Shown in pieces: positions 57,211 to 64,000 of a stretch of DNA of 64,000 bases. The stretch spans positions 62,009-126,008 of the forward strand of contig JAZDPL010000073.1 in the NCBI GenBank assembly GCA_043797665.1. Direction: 5' to 3'. The translations under genes were made by a program, and so were the position numbers. How positions within the stretch are numbered: the stretch's first letter is position 1; every line of letters starts with the position of its first letter. This DNA comes from Candidatus Omnitrophota bacterium (GTDB lineage: Bacteria; Ratteibacteria; UBA8468; MWAK01). Under the pieces are notes generated by a model. The model did no database searches. It was given only the letters and a program-made list of their open reading frames with translations, and had not been told where the DNA came from.

Positions 57211-57945
57211 TTATCTTCTTATTTTCATATGGAATTTATATTTATCACTCCGGAAAACGTTTATCGTAAAGTCAAGGAATCTCCCGTCTTCCAGATAAGT
57301 CGCTCTCTCCACAAAAAAAACCGGGTCTCGCGGCAAGATGTTCAGAAATGTTGCCTCGTCCTTCCTGGCAAAAGAGACTTCGATTGTTTGTTCTGCCAGG
57401 GAAAAAACCAGACCGTACCTGGAATTTAAGATAGACTTGATAGAATTCTCTTCAAGGTTCTCTTCAATCAGTCCCGGGCAAAGATAAAAGGGAATGTGGG
57501 AGGTGTTGATCCCGACCGGTTCTCCATCTGCAAAACGCAGTCTTTTGGTTATGATTACCCTTTCATCCCGCGGCAGGTTCCATTTCTTTACAGCATAAGG
57601 AGGGAGATGGCCCAGTTTTTGATAGATAAGTTTTGAAGCAGGAACAATGCCTCTTTCCGTCATATCTTCGGTAAAACTGGTTAATCTGGAAATATCCGGT
57701 TCTATTTTAAATTCCTTGACAAAAGTTCCTTTTCCCTGCTTTCGGTAAAGGAGTTTTTCATTTACGAGGTCAGACAGTGCCTGGCGCACAGTCATTCTGC
57801 TGACCCCGAACTTTTTGCATAGTTCTCGTTCCGGCGGAACAACATCACCCGGTTTTAACTCCCCTTGTCTTATGAGGGTACGAAAATTCTCCCTGATATA
57901 GCAATACTGAGGAATATTGCGAGATTTTTCACCTGGTAACAACAT
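57211..57945 (-). CDS. GntR family regulator, HutC/UTRA subfamily
   Basis: PPERELCKKFGVSRMTVRQAL, QGKGTFV, LTSFTEDM, RLR..DGEP, FRSDKY. Confidence 0.95.
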   Translation of the reverse strand: MLLPGEKSRNIPQYCYIRENFRTLIRQGELKPGDVVPPERELCKKFGVSRMTVRQALSDLVNEKLLYRKQGKGTFVKEFKIEPDISRLTSFTEDMTERGIVPASKLIYQKLGHLPPYAVKKWNLPRDERVIITKRLRFADGEPVGINTSHIPFYLCPGLIEENLEENSIKSILNSRYGLVFSLAEQTIEVSFARKDEATFLNILPRDPVFFVERATYLEDGRFLDFTINVFRSDKYKFHMKIRR

Positions 57946-57979
57946 GCCCGGCTCCCGACTATATCTTAAGCAATATAAT

Positions 57980-58020
57980 AATGTCTATACCAATTTATCA
58001 TAAAAATAAACCGGTGTCAA
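57980..58020 (-). promoter_or_regulatory. sigma70 promoter with a HutC-type operator at the start site
   Basis: Minus strand TTGACA-17 bp-TAAATT immediately followed by GGTATAGACA (GT-N-TA-N-AC pattern). Confidence 0.7.
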
Positions 58021-58030
58021 GTACTCGTTC

Positions 58031-58153
58031 GGAGGTCTCTGAAAAAGTCGCATTTTTGTCATTCTGAGCGTAGCGAAGAATCTGGTCCTCGTCGACAAAC
58101 GAGATCCTTCACTTTGTTCAGGATGACATTTGTAGACTTTTTCAGAGACCTCC
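58031..58153. repeat. Family B palindromic element nested in a 19-bp perfect inverted repeat
   Basis: GGAGGTCTCTGAAAAAGTC / GACTTTTTCAGAGACCTCC enclosing TGTCATTCTGAGCGTAGCGAAGAATCT...AGATCCTTC...TCAGGATGACA. Confidence 0.85.
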
Positions 58154-58205
58154 TGTTGGAATAATGAATTGTGGTATAATAAAAGACCTCTCAGAAATTT
58201 ATACT

Positions 58206-59999
58206 ATGACTGATATAACACAAAAAAAGATACGGAATTTTGCCGTTGTGGCGCACATCGACCACGGCAAAAGTACGTTGGCCGACCGGTTTTTGCAATT
58301 ATGTGGGGCGGTAGACAAACGGACCTTCCGGAACCAGATGCTGGACAGTATGGATTTAGAAAGGGAACACGGCATTACCATTCGTTCCCATCCGGTAGCC
58401 ATTCATTATCAGGACTATACCTTGAATCTGATTGATACCCCCGGTCACTGCGACTTTTCTTATGAGGTAGAGAAGAGTTTAGCGGCGACCAGCGGGGTCA
58501 TTTTGTTGATAGACGCCACCCAGGGTGTCCAGGCTCAGACCATTACCAACCTGAATTTAGCGCAGCGTCTTAATCTCTTGGTTATCCCTGCCATCAATAA
58601 GATTGACCTGCCTAATGCCCAGGTTGAAATCACAAAAAAAGAATTGATGGAAATTCTGCCGGTATTCGAAAATGAAATCTATTTAGTCAGCGCCAAGACC
58701 GGTCAGGGTGTGCCGGAACTTCTCTCCGGTGTAGTGGCGAAGATTCCTCCTCCGGAAGGCGATTCAACAAAGAACCTCTCCAGCCTGGTCTTTGACGCCC
58801 GGCATAACCCTTATTTGGGCGTTGATCTTTACCTTATGGTACGGGAAGGAAGGGTGAAAAAGGGTGATAAGGTTATCCTGATGGGAGGAGATATCGCTGC
58901 AGAAGTAATGGAAGTCGGTATCTTTAAACCTCAGCCGGAACCGGTGTTGGTTCTGGAAGCCGGTATGGTCGGTTTTGTGACGCTTAACATCAAGGATTTC
59001 AGCCTGGAATTTATCGGCGACACCCTTACCCATCAGAACCAGCCTGCGAAAAAACCCCTGCCCGGATACCGGAAACTGAAGCAGTTTGTCTTCTGCGGTT
59101 TCTACCCGGCCGACGGTGAAAGTTTTCCCGTCTTAAAAAACAGTTTGGCGCGGCTCCACCTCAATGACCCTTCTTTCAGTTACACCGAAGAGCGGTCTGC
59201 GGCGTTAGGGGTTGGTTTCCGGGCCGGTTTTTTGGGAATGCTTCATATGGAAATTGTCCAGGAACGCTTGGAGCGGGAGTTTGAGGTGAACGTAGTGCGC
59301 ACCACCCCCAATACTACCTACCGTTTCTGTCTAAAAGACAACCGGACCGTGGAGGTGAAAAGTTCCACGGAACTGCCGGACTGGAGTAACGTAAAGGAGA
59401 TTCTGGAACCTTACCTGAAGGTTCTGGTTATTACACCCACCCTTTATTTTGGCGAGGTCACCAGACTCTGCCAGAATTACCGGGCAGACCAGAAAAAGAT
59501 AGAGTTTTTGGGACCGGACCTGGTTCTCCTGACTTACGAAATGCCCCTGACCGAGATGATGGTTGATTTTTACGATAACCTGAAATCGGTTACCCGGGGC
59601 TACGGCTCTTTAGACTACGAATTTATTGACTACCGACCCTCTGATTTGGTAAAATTAGATATTTTAGTTAACGGAAAACCGGTTGACGTTCTCTCTTCCA
59701 TCGTCCACCGGGACAAAGCACGTCCCATAGCGCAAAACCTTCTGACCGGTCTGCGCCGTAACATACCCCGGCACCTCTTTGCCGTGGTTATCCAGGCTGT
59801 GGTTGACGGCAAGATTGTCGGTCGGGAAGAAGTTGTGCCTTACAAAAAATTTGTTACCGGGAAGTGCTACGGAGGAGATATTACCCGGAAACGGAAACTC
59901 TGGGAGAAACAGAAGATGGGCAAGCGGCGCATGAAGATGGTGGGGCAGGTGCAGATACCGGAGAGCGCTTTTCTGTCGCTTTATAAGAAGGCTACTTAA
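58206..59999 (+). CDS. lepA: Elongation factor 4 (LepA)
   Basis: AHIDHGKSTLADR, DTPGH, NKID, GFLGMLHMEI, KCYGGDITRKRKL. TGnTATAAT at 58172-58180 favours start 58206. Confidence 0.97.
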   Translation: MTDITQKKIRNFAVVAHIDHGKSTLADRFLQLCGAVDKRTFRNQMLDSMDLEREHGITIRSHPVAIHYQDYTLNLIDTPGHCDFSYEVEKSLAATSGVILLIDATQGVQAQTITNLNLAQRLNLLVIPAINKIDLPNAQVEITKKELMEILPVFENEIYLVSAKTGQGVPELLSGVVAKIPPPEGDSTKNLSSLVFDARHNPYLGVDLYLMVREGRVKKGDKVILMGGDIAAEVMEVGIFKPQPEPVLVLEAGMVGFVTLNIKDFSLEFIGDTLTHQNQPAKKPLPGYRKLKQFVFCGFYPADGESFPVLKNSLARLHLNDPSFSYTEERSAALGVGFRAGFLGMLHMEIVQERLEREFEVNVVRTTPNTTYRFCLKDNRTVEVKSSTELPDWSNVKEILEPYLKVLVITPTLYFGEVTRLCQNYRADQKKIEFLGPDLVLLTYEMPLTEMMVDFYDNLKSVTRGYGSLDYEFIDYRPSDLVKLDILVNGKPVDVLSSIVHRDKARPIAQNLLTGLRRNIPRHLFAVVIQAVVDGKIVGREEVVPYKKFVTGKCYGGDITRKRKLWEKQKMGKRRMKMVGQVQIPESAFLSLYKKAT

Positions 60000-60000
60000 A

Positions 60001-60576
60001 ATGGTCCATAAAGATGTCATTCTGAGTGTAACGAAGAATCCGACCCAGAAAAAGAAGACCTGGAAGGAAGAACTCTGGGAGTGGGTAAAGTCGCTGGTAA
60101 TCGCCTTTATTATGGCGATGTTCATCCGTACCTTCTTCTTCCAGGCTTTCAAGATTCCCAGCAGTTCCATGCACCCAACCCTGCGGATTGGCGACCACCT
60201 CATCGCCAACAAACTCGTCTACCGGTTCCGGGAACCTGAGCGCGGTGAAATAATTATCTTCCGGTTTCCGGACAATACCAAAAGGGATTTTGTCAAACGC
60301 CTGGTTGCTCTACCCGGGGAAAAAGTGGAGATTGCCGGGGGTCAGATATACATCAACGGTAAGGCGGTAGACGATAACCGGATTAACGGACGGTACTACT
60401 TTAACAACGAGGGGATGCGGGAGACAGACGTTCCTTCGGATTCCTACTTTGTTCTGGGAGACAACAGCGCCAACAGTTATGACAGCCGGTACTGGGGTTT
60501 TGTCCTCCACAAACACCTTCTGGGTAAAGCGCTCTTCATTTACTGGCCGCCCAACCGCTGGGGACCGATAAAATAA
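60001..60576 (+). CDS. lepB: Signal peptidase I
   Basis: TM helix, IPSSSMHPTL..GD, FVKR, YFVLGDN..NSYDSRYWG; follows lepA. Confidence 0.95.
   Translation: MVHKDVILSVTKNPTQKKKTWKEELWEWVKSLVIAFIMAMFIRTFFFQAFKIPSSSMHPTLRIGDHLIANKLVYRFREPERGEIIIFRFPDNTKRDFVKRLVALPGEKVEIAGGQIYINGKAVDDNRINGRYYFNNEGMRETDVPSDSYFVLGDNSANSYDSRYWGFVLHKHLLGKALFIYWPPNRWGPIK
60015..60040 (+). repeat. Family B repeat half inside the lepB 5' coding region
   Basis: TGTCATTCTGAGTGTAACGAAGAATC, translated as VILSVTKNP. Confidence 0.75.
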
Positions 60577-60580
60577 GAAG

Positions 60581-61153
60581 ATGAAAGAGAATCAGGGGAA
60601 AGAAGACGAAGTGGAGATAAAAGAAGATCAGAATGTCCCGGCGGAAGAAGCCATAACGCTAAGTAAGAAAGAGTGGCAGGACCTTTCCGAGCAAGCCGGG
60701 AAATCTGCCGAAACTCAGGACCGGCTTCTGCGTTTAGCCGCCGATTTTGACAACTTCCGAAAGAGAACCGAACAGGAAAAACGGCAATTGGCTACCTTTG
60801 TGGAATCCGCTCTTTTATCCCAGTTCCTGCCCACGCTGGACAGTTTAGAAAAGATAACGGAAAAAGAACATAGTGAGGGATTAAAATTAATCGCCAAGGA
60901 GATTCACCGCACCTTCCAGGATTTGGGACTAAATCCCGTAGAGGTACTCGGAAAGTCGTTTGACCCCCAGTATGCGGAGGTAGTGGAAGTTACCGAAAAT
61001 GATGAACAAGAGGAAGGAACCGTCTTAGCGGTTTTGCGTCCGGGCTATCTTTATAAAGACATGGTTTTACGACCGGCTCTGGTCCGGATAAGCAAAAGAA
61101 AAGAAACACCTCCCGATGCGACAACTGGAAATAACAGCCCCGGCCAAGATTAA
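60581..61153 (+). CDS. grpE: Nucleotide exchange factor GrpE
   Basis: LRLAADFDNFRKR, FDP, GY....VLRPA.V. Confidence 0.95.
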   Translation: MKENQGKEDEVEIKEDQNVPAEEAITLSKKEWQDLSEQAGKSAETQDRLLRLAADFDNFRKRTEQEKRQLATFVESALLSQFLPTLDSLEKITEKEHSEGLKLIAKEIHRTFQDLGLNPVEVLGKSFDPQYAEVVEVTENDEQEEGTVLAVLRPGYLYKDMVLRPALVRISKRKETPPDATTGNNSPGQD

Positions 61154-61943
61154 CCTCTTTTTAGAGGTTTTGCCAAAACCAGACGGTGCGGTTTTGCACC
61201 CGGTCGATACGGTAATCGAAAAGATAGACCTCTGCGACCGGTTAGCGCTGAAGGTAACATCAGGCCGGCTGGATATAAAAAGCAATATTCCTTCTCTTGC
61301 CGCTCCGTCTAACTTAGCCTTCAAAGCAGCCCGCCTGTTAAAAAGAACCTACCGGATTAAAGAAGGCGTTTCTATTTCCCTCTCTAAAAAGATACCGATG
61401 TCCGCCGGTTTAGGCGGCGGCAGCAGCGATGCGGCCGCGGTCCTTTTGGGTCTTAATCAGCTCTGGAAGATTCAGGAACCGGTTTCCCGGCTGGTACCGT
61501 TGGCGTTGGAGTTAGGTTCTGACGTGCCGGTTTTTCTTTTCCCGGGACGGTGTCTGGTTTCCGGTTTCGGTGAAAAGGTTAAAACTTTATCCACCCGTAA
61601 AAAATTTCAGTACCTGCTCATCCTTACCGGCGTAAAAATTTCTACCGCTGCCGCGTACCAATGGCTTGACGAAAATTTGACATACAAGCCCTATTCCAGT
61701 AAAATTATGGTGGATGCTTTAAAAAAGGGCACTCCGGAACTTGTTGCCCAAAGTATGTTTAACCGATTCGAGGAGGAGGTGACAAAAAGAGAGAAGAGAT
61801 TGAGAGGCTGGAAAAAGAATCTGGATGAAAATTTTAACCACTATCTTCTGACCGGGAGCGGCGGAGCATTCTTTGCCTTTCTGTCAGAAGAAAACGCAGG
61901 GAACGCGGTGAAATTCTTACGCGTATCTACTTACGGGAGGTAA
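61116..61943 (+). CDS. ispE: 4-diphosphocytidyl-2-C-methyl-D-erythritol kinase
   Basis: APAKINLFL, KKIPMSAGLGGGSSDAA, LGSDVP, LTGSG. Confidence 0.93.
   Translation: MRQLEITAPAKINLFLEVLPKPDGAVLHPVDTVIEKIDLCDRLALKVTSGRLDIKSNIPSLAAPSNLAFKAARLLKRTYRIKEGVSISLSKKIPMSAGLGGGSSDAAAVLLGLNQLWKIQEPVSRLVPLALELGSDVPVFLFPGRCLVSGFGEKVKTLSTRKKFQYLLILTGVKISTAAAYQWLDENLTYKPYSSKIMVDALKKGTPELVAQSMFNRFEEEVTKREKRLRGWKKNLDENFNHYLLTGSGGAFFAFLSEENAGNAVKFLRVSTYGR
61677..61705 (+). promoter_or_regulatory. Candidate internal promoter within ispE
   Basis: TTGACA-17 bp-TAAAAT, about 240 bp upstream of spoVG. Confidence 0.5.
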
Positions 61944-61944
61944 T

Positions 61945-62352
61945 ATGGAAATTACGGAAGCTCGGGTGTCGCCGGTAGAAAAAGCGAACGGACGTCTAAA
62001 GGGTTTTGCCACGATTACCTTTGACAACGTGCTTGTCGTCCGGGGAATCAGAATCGTAGAAGGCGAAAAAGGGCTTTTTATCGCGATGCCCAACCGCAAG
62101 GCTGAGTTCCGCTGCGGTTCTTGTAACGCCTGGAACGTTTTCCATGCCCGATACTGCAACCGCTGCGGTAAAGAACTTGCGCGGCCGGCCGGTGCCGAAA
62201 CCAGCCGGGGAGACGACGAAAAAAATTACCACGACATCGTCCATCCCATTGACAACGAATTTCGGCAATACGTCCAGGGCAAAATATTAGAAGCCTATCA
62301 AGTCCAATTGGAAAGCGGTGGCCCGGGTCCGAAATCAGAGGTACCTCTTTAG
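61945..62352 (+). CDS. spoVG: SpoVG family protein with a zinc-ribbon insertion
   Basis: MEITEARV, ATITFD, GLFIAMP, DIVHPI; inserted CGSC...YCNRCG. Confidence 0.9.
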   Translation: MEITEARVSPVEKANGRLKGFATITFDNVLVVRGIRIVEGEKGLFIAMPNRKAEFRCGSCNAWNVFHARYCNRCGKELARPAGAETSRGDDEKNYHDIVHPIDNEFRQYVQGKILEAYQVQLESGGPGPKSEVPL

Positions 62353-63195
62353 TTGAAGATGGATTTTCAAACCCTGCAAGCACAACTCCTTGATTTCTGG
62401 CGTCAAAAGGGTTGCCTGATACACCACCCAACCGGAATAGAAGTCGGAGCCGGAACCATGAATCCGGCTACCTTCTTCGGAATCCTCGGAGCAGGCCCCT
62501 GGAAGGTAGCCTATTTAGAACCTTCCCGCAGGCCGGCCGACGGACGTTACGGTGAGAATCCCACCCGGGTTTACCAGCACTACCAATTACAGGTAATTTT
62601 GAAGCCTTCTCCTTCTCAAACCCAGAGGTTGTATCTGGAAAGTCTGGAAGCAATTGGGATTAAGTGGCGCAAACACGACATCCGGTTCGTTGACGACAAC
62701 TGGGAAGCGCCCACGTTGGGTGCCTGGGGTGTTGGCTGGGAGGTCTGGTTAGACGGTCTGGAGATTACCCAGTTTACCTACCTTCAGCAGGCCGGCGGTA
62801 TCGACCTGAAACCGGTTTCCGTGGAACTCACCTACGGCCTGGAAAGGTTAGCCTGTTTTTTGCAGAAGAAGCGGGCGGTCTATGACCTTGACTGGTCGCC
62901 GGAGGTTACCTACGGCCAGATAAGACGCCGGGCCGAGGCCGAGTACTCCAAGTACAGCTTTGAATTAGCGGACATCAACCTGCACCTTAACCTTTTTGCC
63001 GAGTACGAACAGGAGGCGGCACGGCTTATCCAGTTAAAGATGGTGTATCCTGCTTATGACTACGTTCTGAAATGTTCCCACACCTTCAACGTTCTGGACA
63101 GCCGCGGCGCCATCAGCCTGAGCGAGCGCCAGCGTTTCGTTGCCAGGATACGCAGGATTGCCTCAACTTGTGCCCAACTCTATCTGGCAGTATAA
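62353..63195 (+). CDS. glyQ: Glycine--tRNA ligase alpha subunit
   Basis: [52 protein letters not shown]. The start may be ATG 62359. Confidence 0.97.
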   Translation: MKMDFQTLQAQLLDFWRQKGCLIHHPTGIEVGAGTMNPATFFGILGAGPWKVAYLEPSRRPADGRYGENPTRVYQHYQLQVILKPSPSQTQRLYLESLEAIGIKWRKHDIRFVDDNWEAPTLGAWGVGWEVWLDGLEITQFTYLQQAGGIDLKPVSVELTYGLERLACFLQKKRAVYDLDWSPEVTYGQIRRRAEAEYSKYSFELADINLHLNLFAEYEQEAARLIQLKMVYPAYDYVLKCSHTFNVLDSRGAISLSERQRFVARIRRIASTCAQLYLAV

Positions 63196-63215
63196 TAAAT
63201 CCTCAGTGAAGTACG

Positions 63216-63285
63216 TGTCATTCTGAGCAGAGCGAAGAATCTATCTTTAAACAGCGAGATTCTTCGGCTTCGCCTCAGAATGACA
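63216..63285. repeat. Family B palindromic element
   Basis: TGTCATTCTGAGCAGAGCGAAGAATCT ... AGATTCTTCGGCTTCGCCTCAGAATGACA. Confidence 0.85.
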
Positions 63286-63302
63286 TTTGACGGAACGTCC
63301 TT

Positions 63303-63384
63303 GCCGGGATGGCGGAATTGGCAGACGCGTGCGTTTGAGGGGCGTATGGGGTAACCTGTGGGGGTTCAAATCCCCCTCCCGGCA
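63303..63384 (+). tRNA. tRNA-Leu(GAG)
   Basis: GCCGGGA acceptor pairs with TCCCGGC; D arm GGCGGAATTGGCAGACGC; anticodon loop TTGAGGG; long variable arm; GGTTCAAATCC T arm. CCA not encoded. Confidence 0.95.
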
Positions 63385-63392
63385 CTATTTTT

Positions 63393-63437
63393 TGTCATCC
63401 TGAGTCCCTGTCGGTTTCATTCAGAGGCGAAGGATCT
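63393..63437. repeat. Degenerate family B half-element between the tRNA genes
   Basis: TGTCATCCTGAG...GCGAAGGATCT. Confidence 0.6.
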
Positions 63438-63446
63438 CTGTTTTTT

Positions 63447-63489
63447 TGGCGGTTAGCTCAGCTGGTTAGAGTGCCACGTTGACATCGTG
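63447..63489 (+). pseudogene. tRNA-Val(GAC) 5' half only (probable att-site fragment)
   Basis: TGGCGGT-TA-GCTCAGCTGGTTAGAGT-G-CCACG-TTGACAT-CGTG, then no T arm or 3' acceptor strand. Confidence 0.85.
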
Positions 63490-63608
63490 TTTAAGCCATT
63501 TTTCGCAAACCCGCACCAGACAAGCGAATCCGTTGTCTATCAACGGTCTCCCTCACCTTCTCAACTTATATCAAGTTATACGGAAATATACCAAATTGGA
63601 CGGCAACA

Positions 63609-63628
63609 TGGCACAAATCTGGCACAAA
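63609..63628 (+). repeat. Direct repeat TGGCACAAA x2, resembling tyrosine-integrase arm sites
   Basis: TGGCACAAA-TC-TGGCACAAA, about 120 bp from the tRNA fragment. Confidence 0.5.
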
Positions 63629-63901
63629 ATTTTTACCCCACCATCCAGTCGAAATTAATTCCGTTTGACTACCTAAAAACAAGGTGGTATTCTTTAATAT
63701 GGGTCGGCTGACAAGGATTGGACTATTTGAGGCTAATATGATACTAATACCTGAAAAAAGCGTGAAAAATGATACCTAAAATCAGAAAACCGCGAAAGAA
63801 TTGGGAATTCCAGAGTCTCATTTCTACAATTTCCAGCAAATGGACAAAAAATCATAGAAATTTCACCTTTAAAAAATATTAATACAAGCGATTAAATAAA
63901 A

Positions 63902-63958
63902 GTAGGGGCTTGATTTATCAAGCCCGCTTAATTCGGGTCGGATGAATCCGACCCCTAC
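63902..63958. repeat. REP-like doublet, family A
   Basis: GTAG-GGGCTTGA-TTTA-TCAAGCCC ... GGGTCGGA-TGAA-TCCGACCC-CTAC. Confidence 0.85.
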
Positions 63959-64000
63959 AGCCCTTGATGAAAAAGAACCTTTTTCTGCAAATGCCACTTG

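Noticed and set aside
63487..63711. 74-aa ORF after the tRNA fragment
   Set aside because: It starts inside the tRNA fragment with no SD and no motif; probably non-coding att-flank sequence.
286..63958. Recurrent palindromes as a CRISPR array
   Set aside because: The copies are dispersed, have no regular repeat-spacer period, and no cas genes are present.

Overview
Bacterial chromosomal window, probably from a PVC-superphylum or Omnitrophota/Ratteibacteria-like organism. That assignment is an inference from the DUF1559-type pilins, the zinc-ribbon SpoVG and the many UroD-family paralogues. Housekeeping genes lie at both ends: a TPR gene and valS on the left; lepA-lepB-grpE-ispE-spoVG-glyQ, tRNA-Leu(GAG) and a 5'-half tRNA-Val(GAC) on the right. 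They bracket about 55 kb (roughly 3.2-58 kb) of carbohydrate-utilisation genes. These comprise about 11 glycoside-hydrolase-like genes, sugar dehydrogenases, an epimerase, isomerases, a kinase and an aldolase, three UroD/MtaA-family genes, three sugar regulators and small AT-rich TA-like cassettes. Two operons share one layout: secreted beta-helix-like protein, secreted GH with CBM9-like domain, type IV pilin-like (H-X9-DG) protein and signal-less GHs. No SusCD, ABC, PTS or MFS transporter is visible; the only candidate is one large polytopic membrane protein of unknown function. This suggests a pilin-associated glycan-uptake system. Other notable structure includes (1) several palindromic repeat families, three of them translated in frame inside ValS, LepB and a GH; (2) a 273-bp MITE with a TTA duplication; (3) identically spaced triple-TTGACA arrays on both sides of an HTH-HATPase-STAS gene; (4) apparent leaderless transcripts; (5) two pseudogenes; and (6) a broken tRNA-Val followed by integrase-arm-like repeats. 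All family calls come from motif recognition by eye; no database searches were run.
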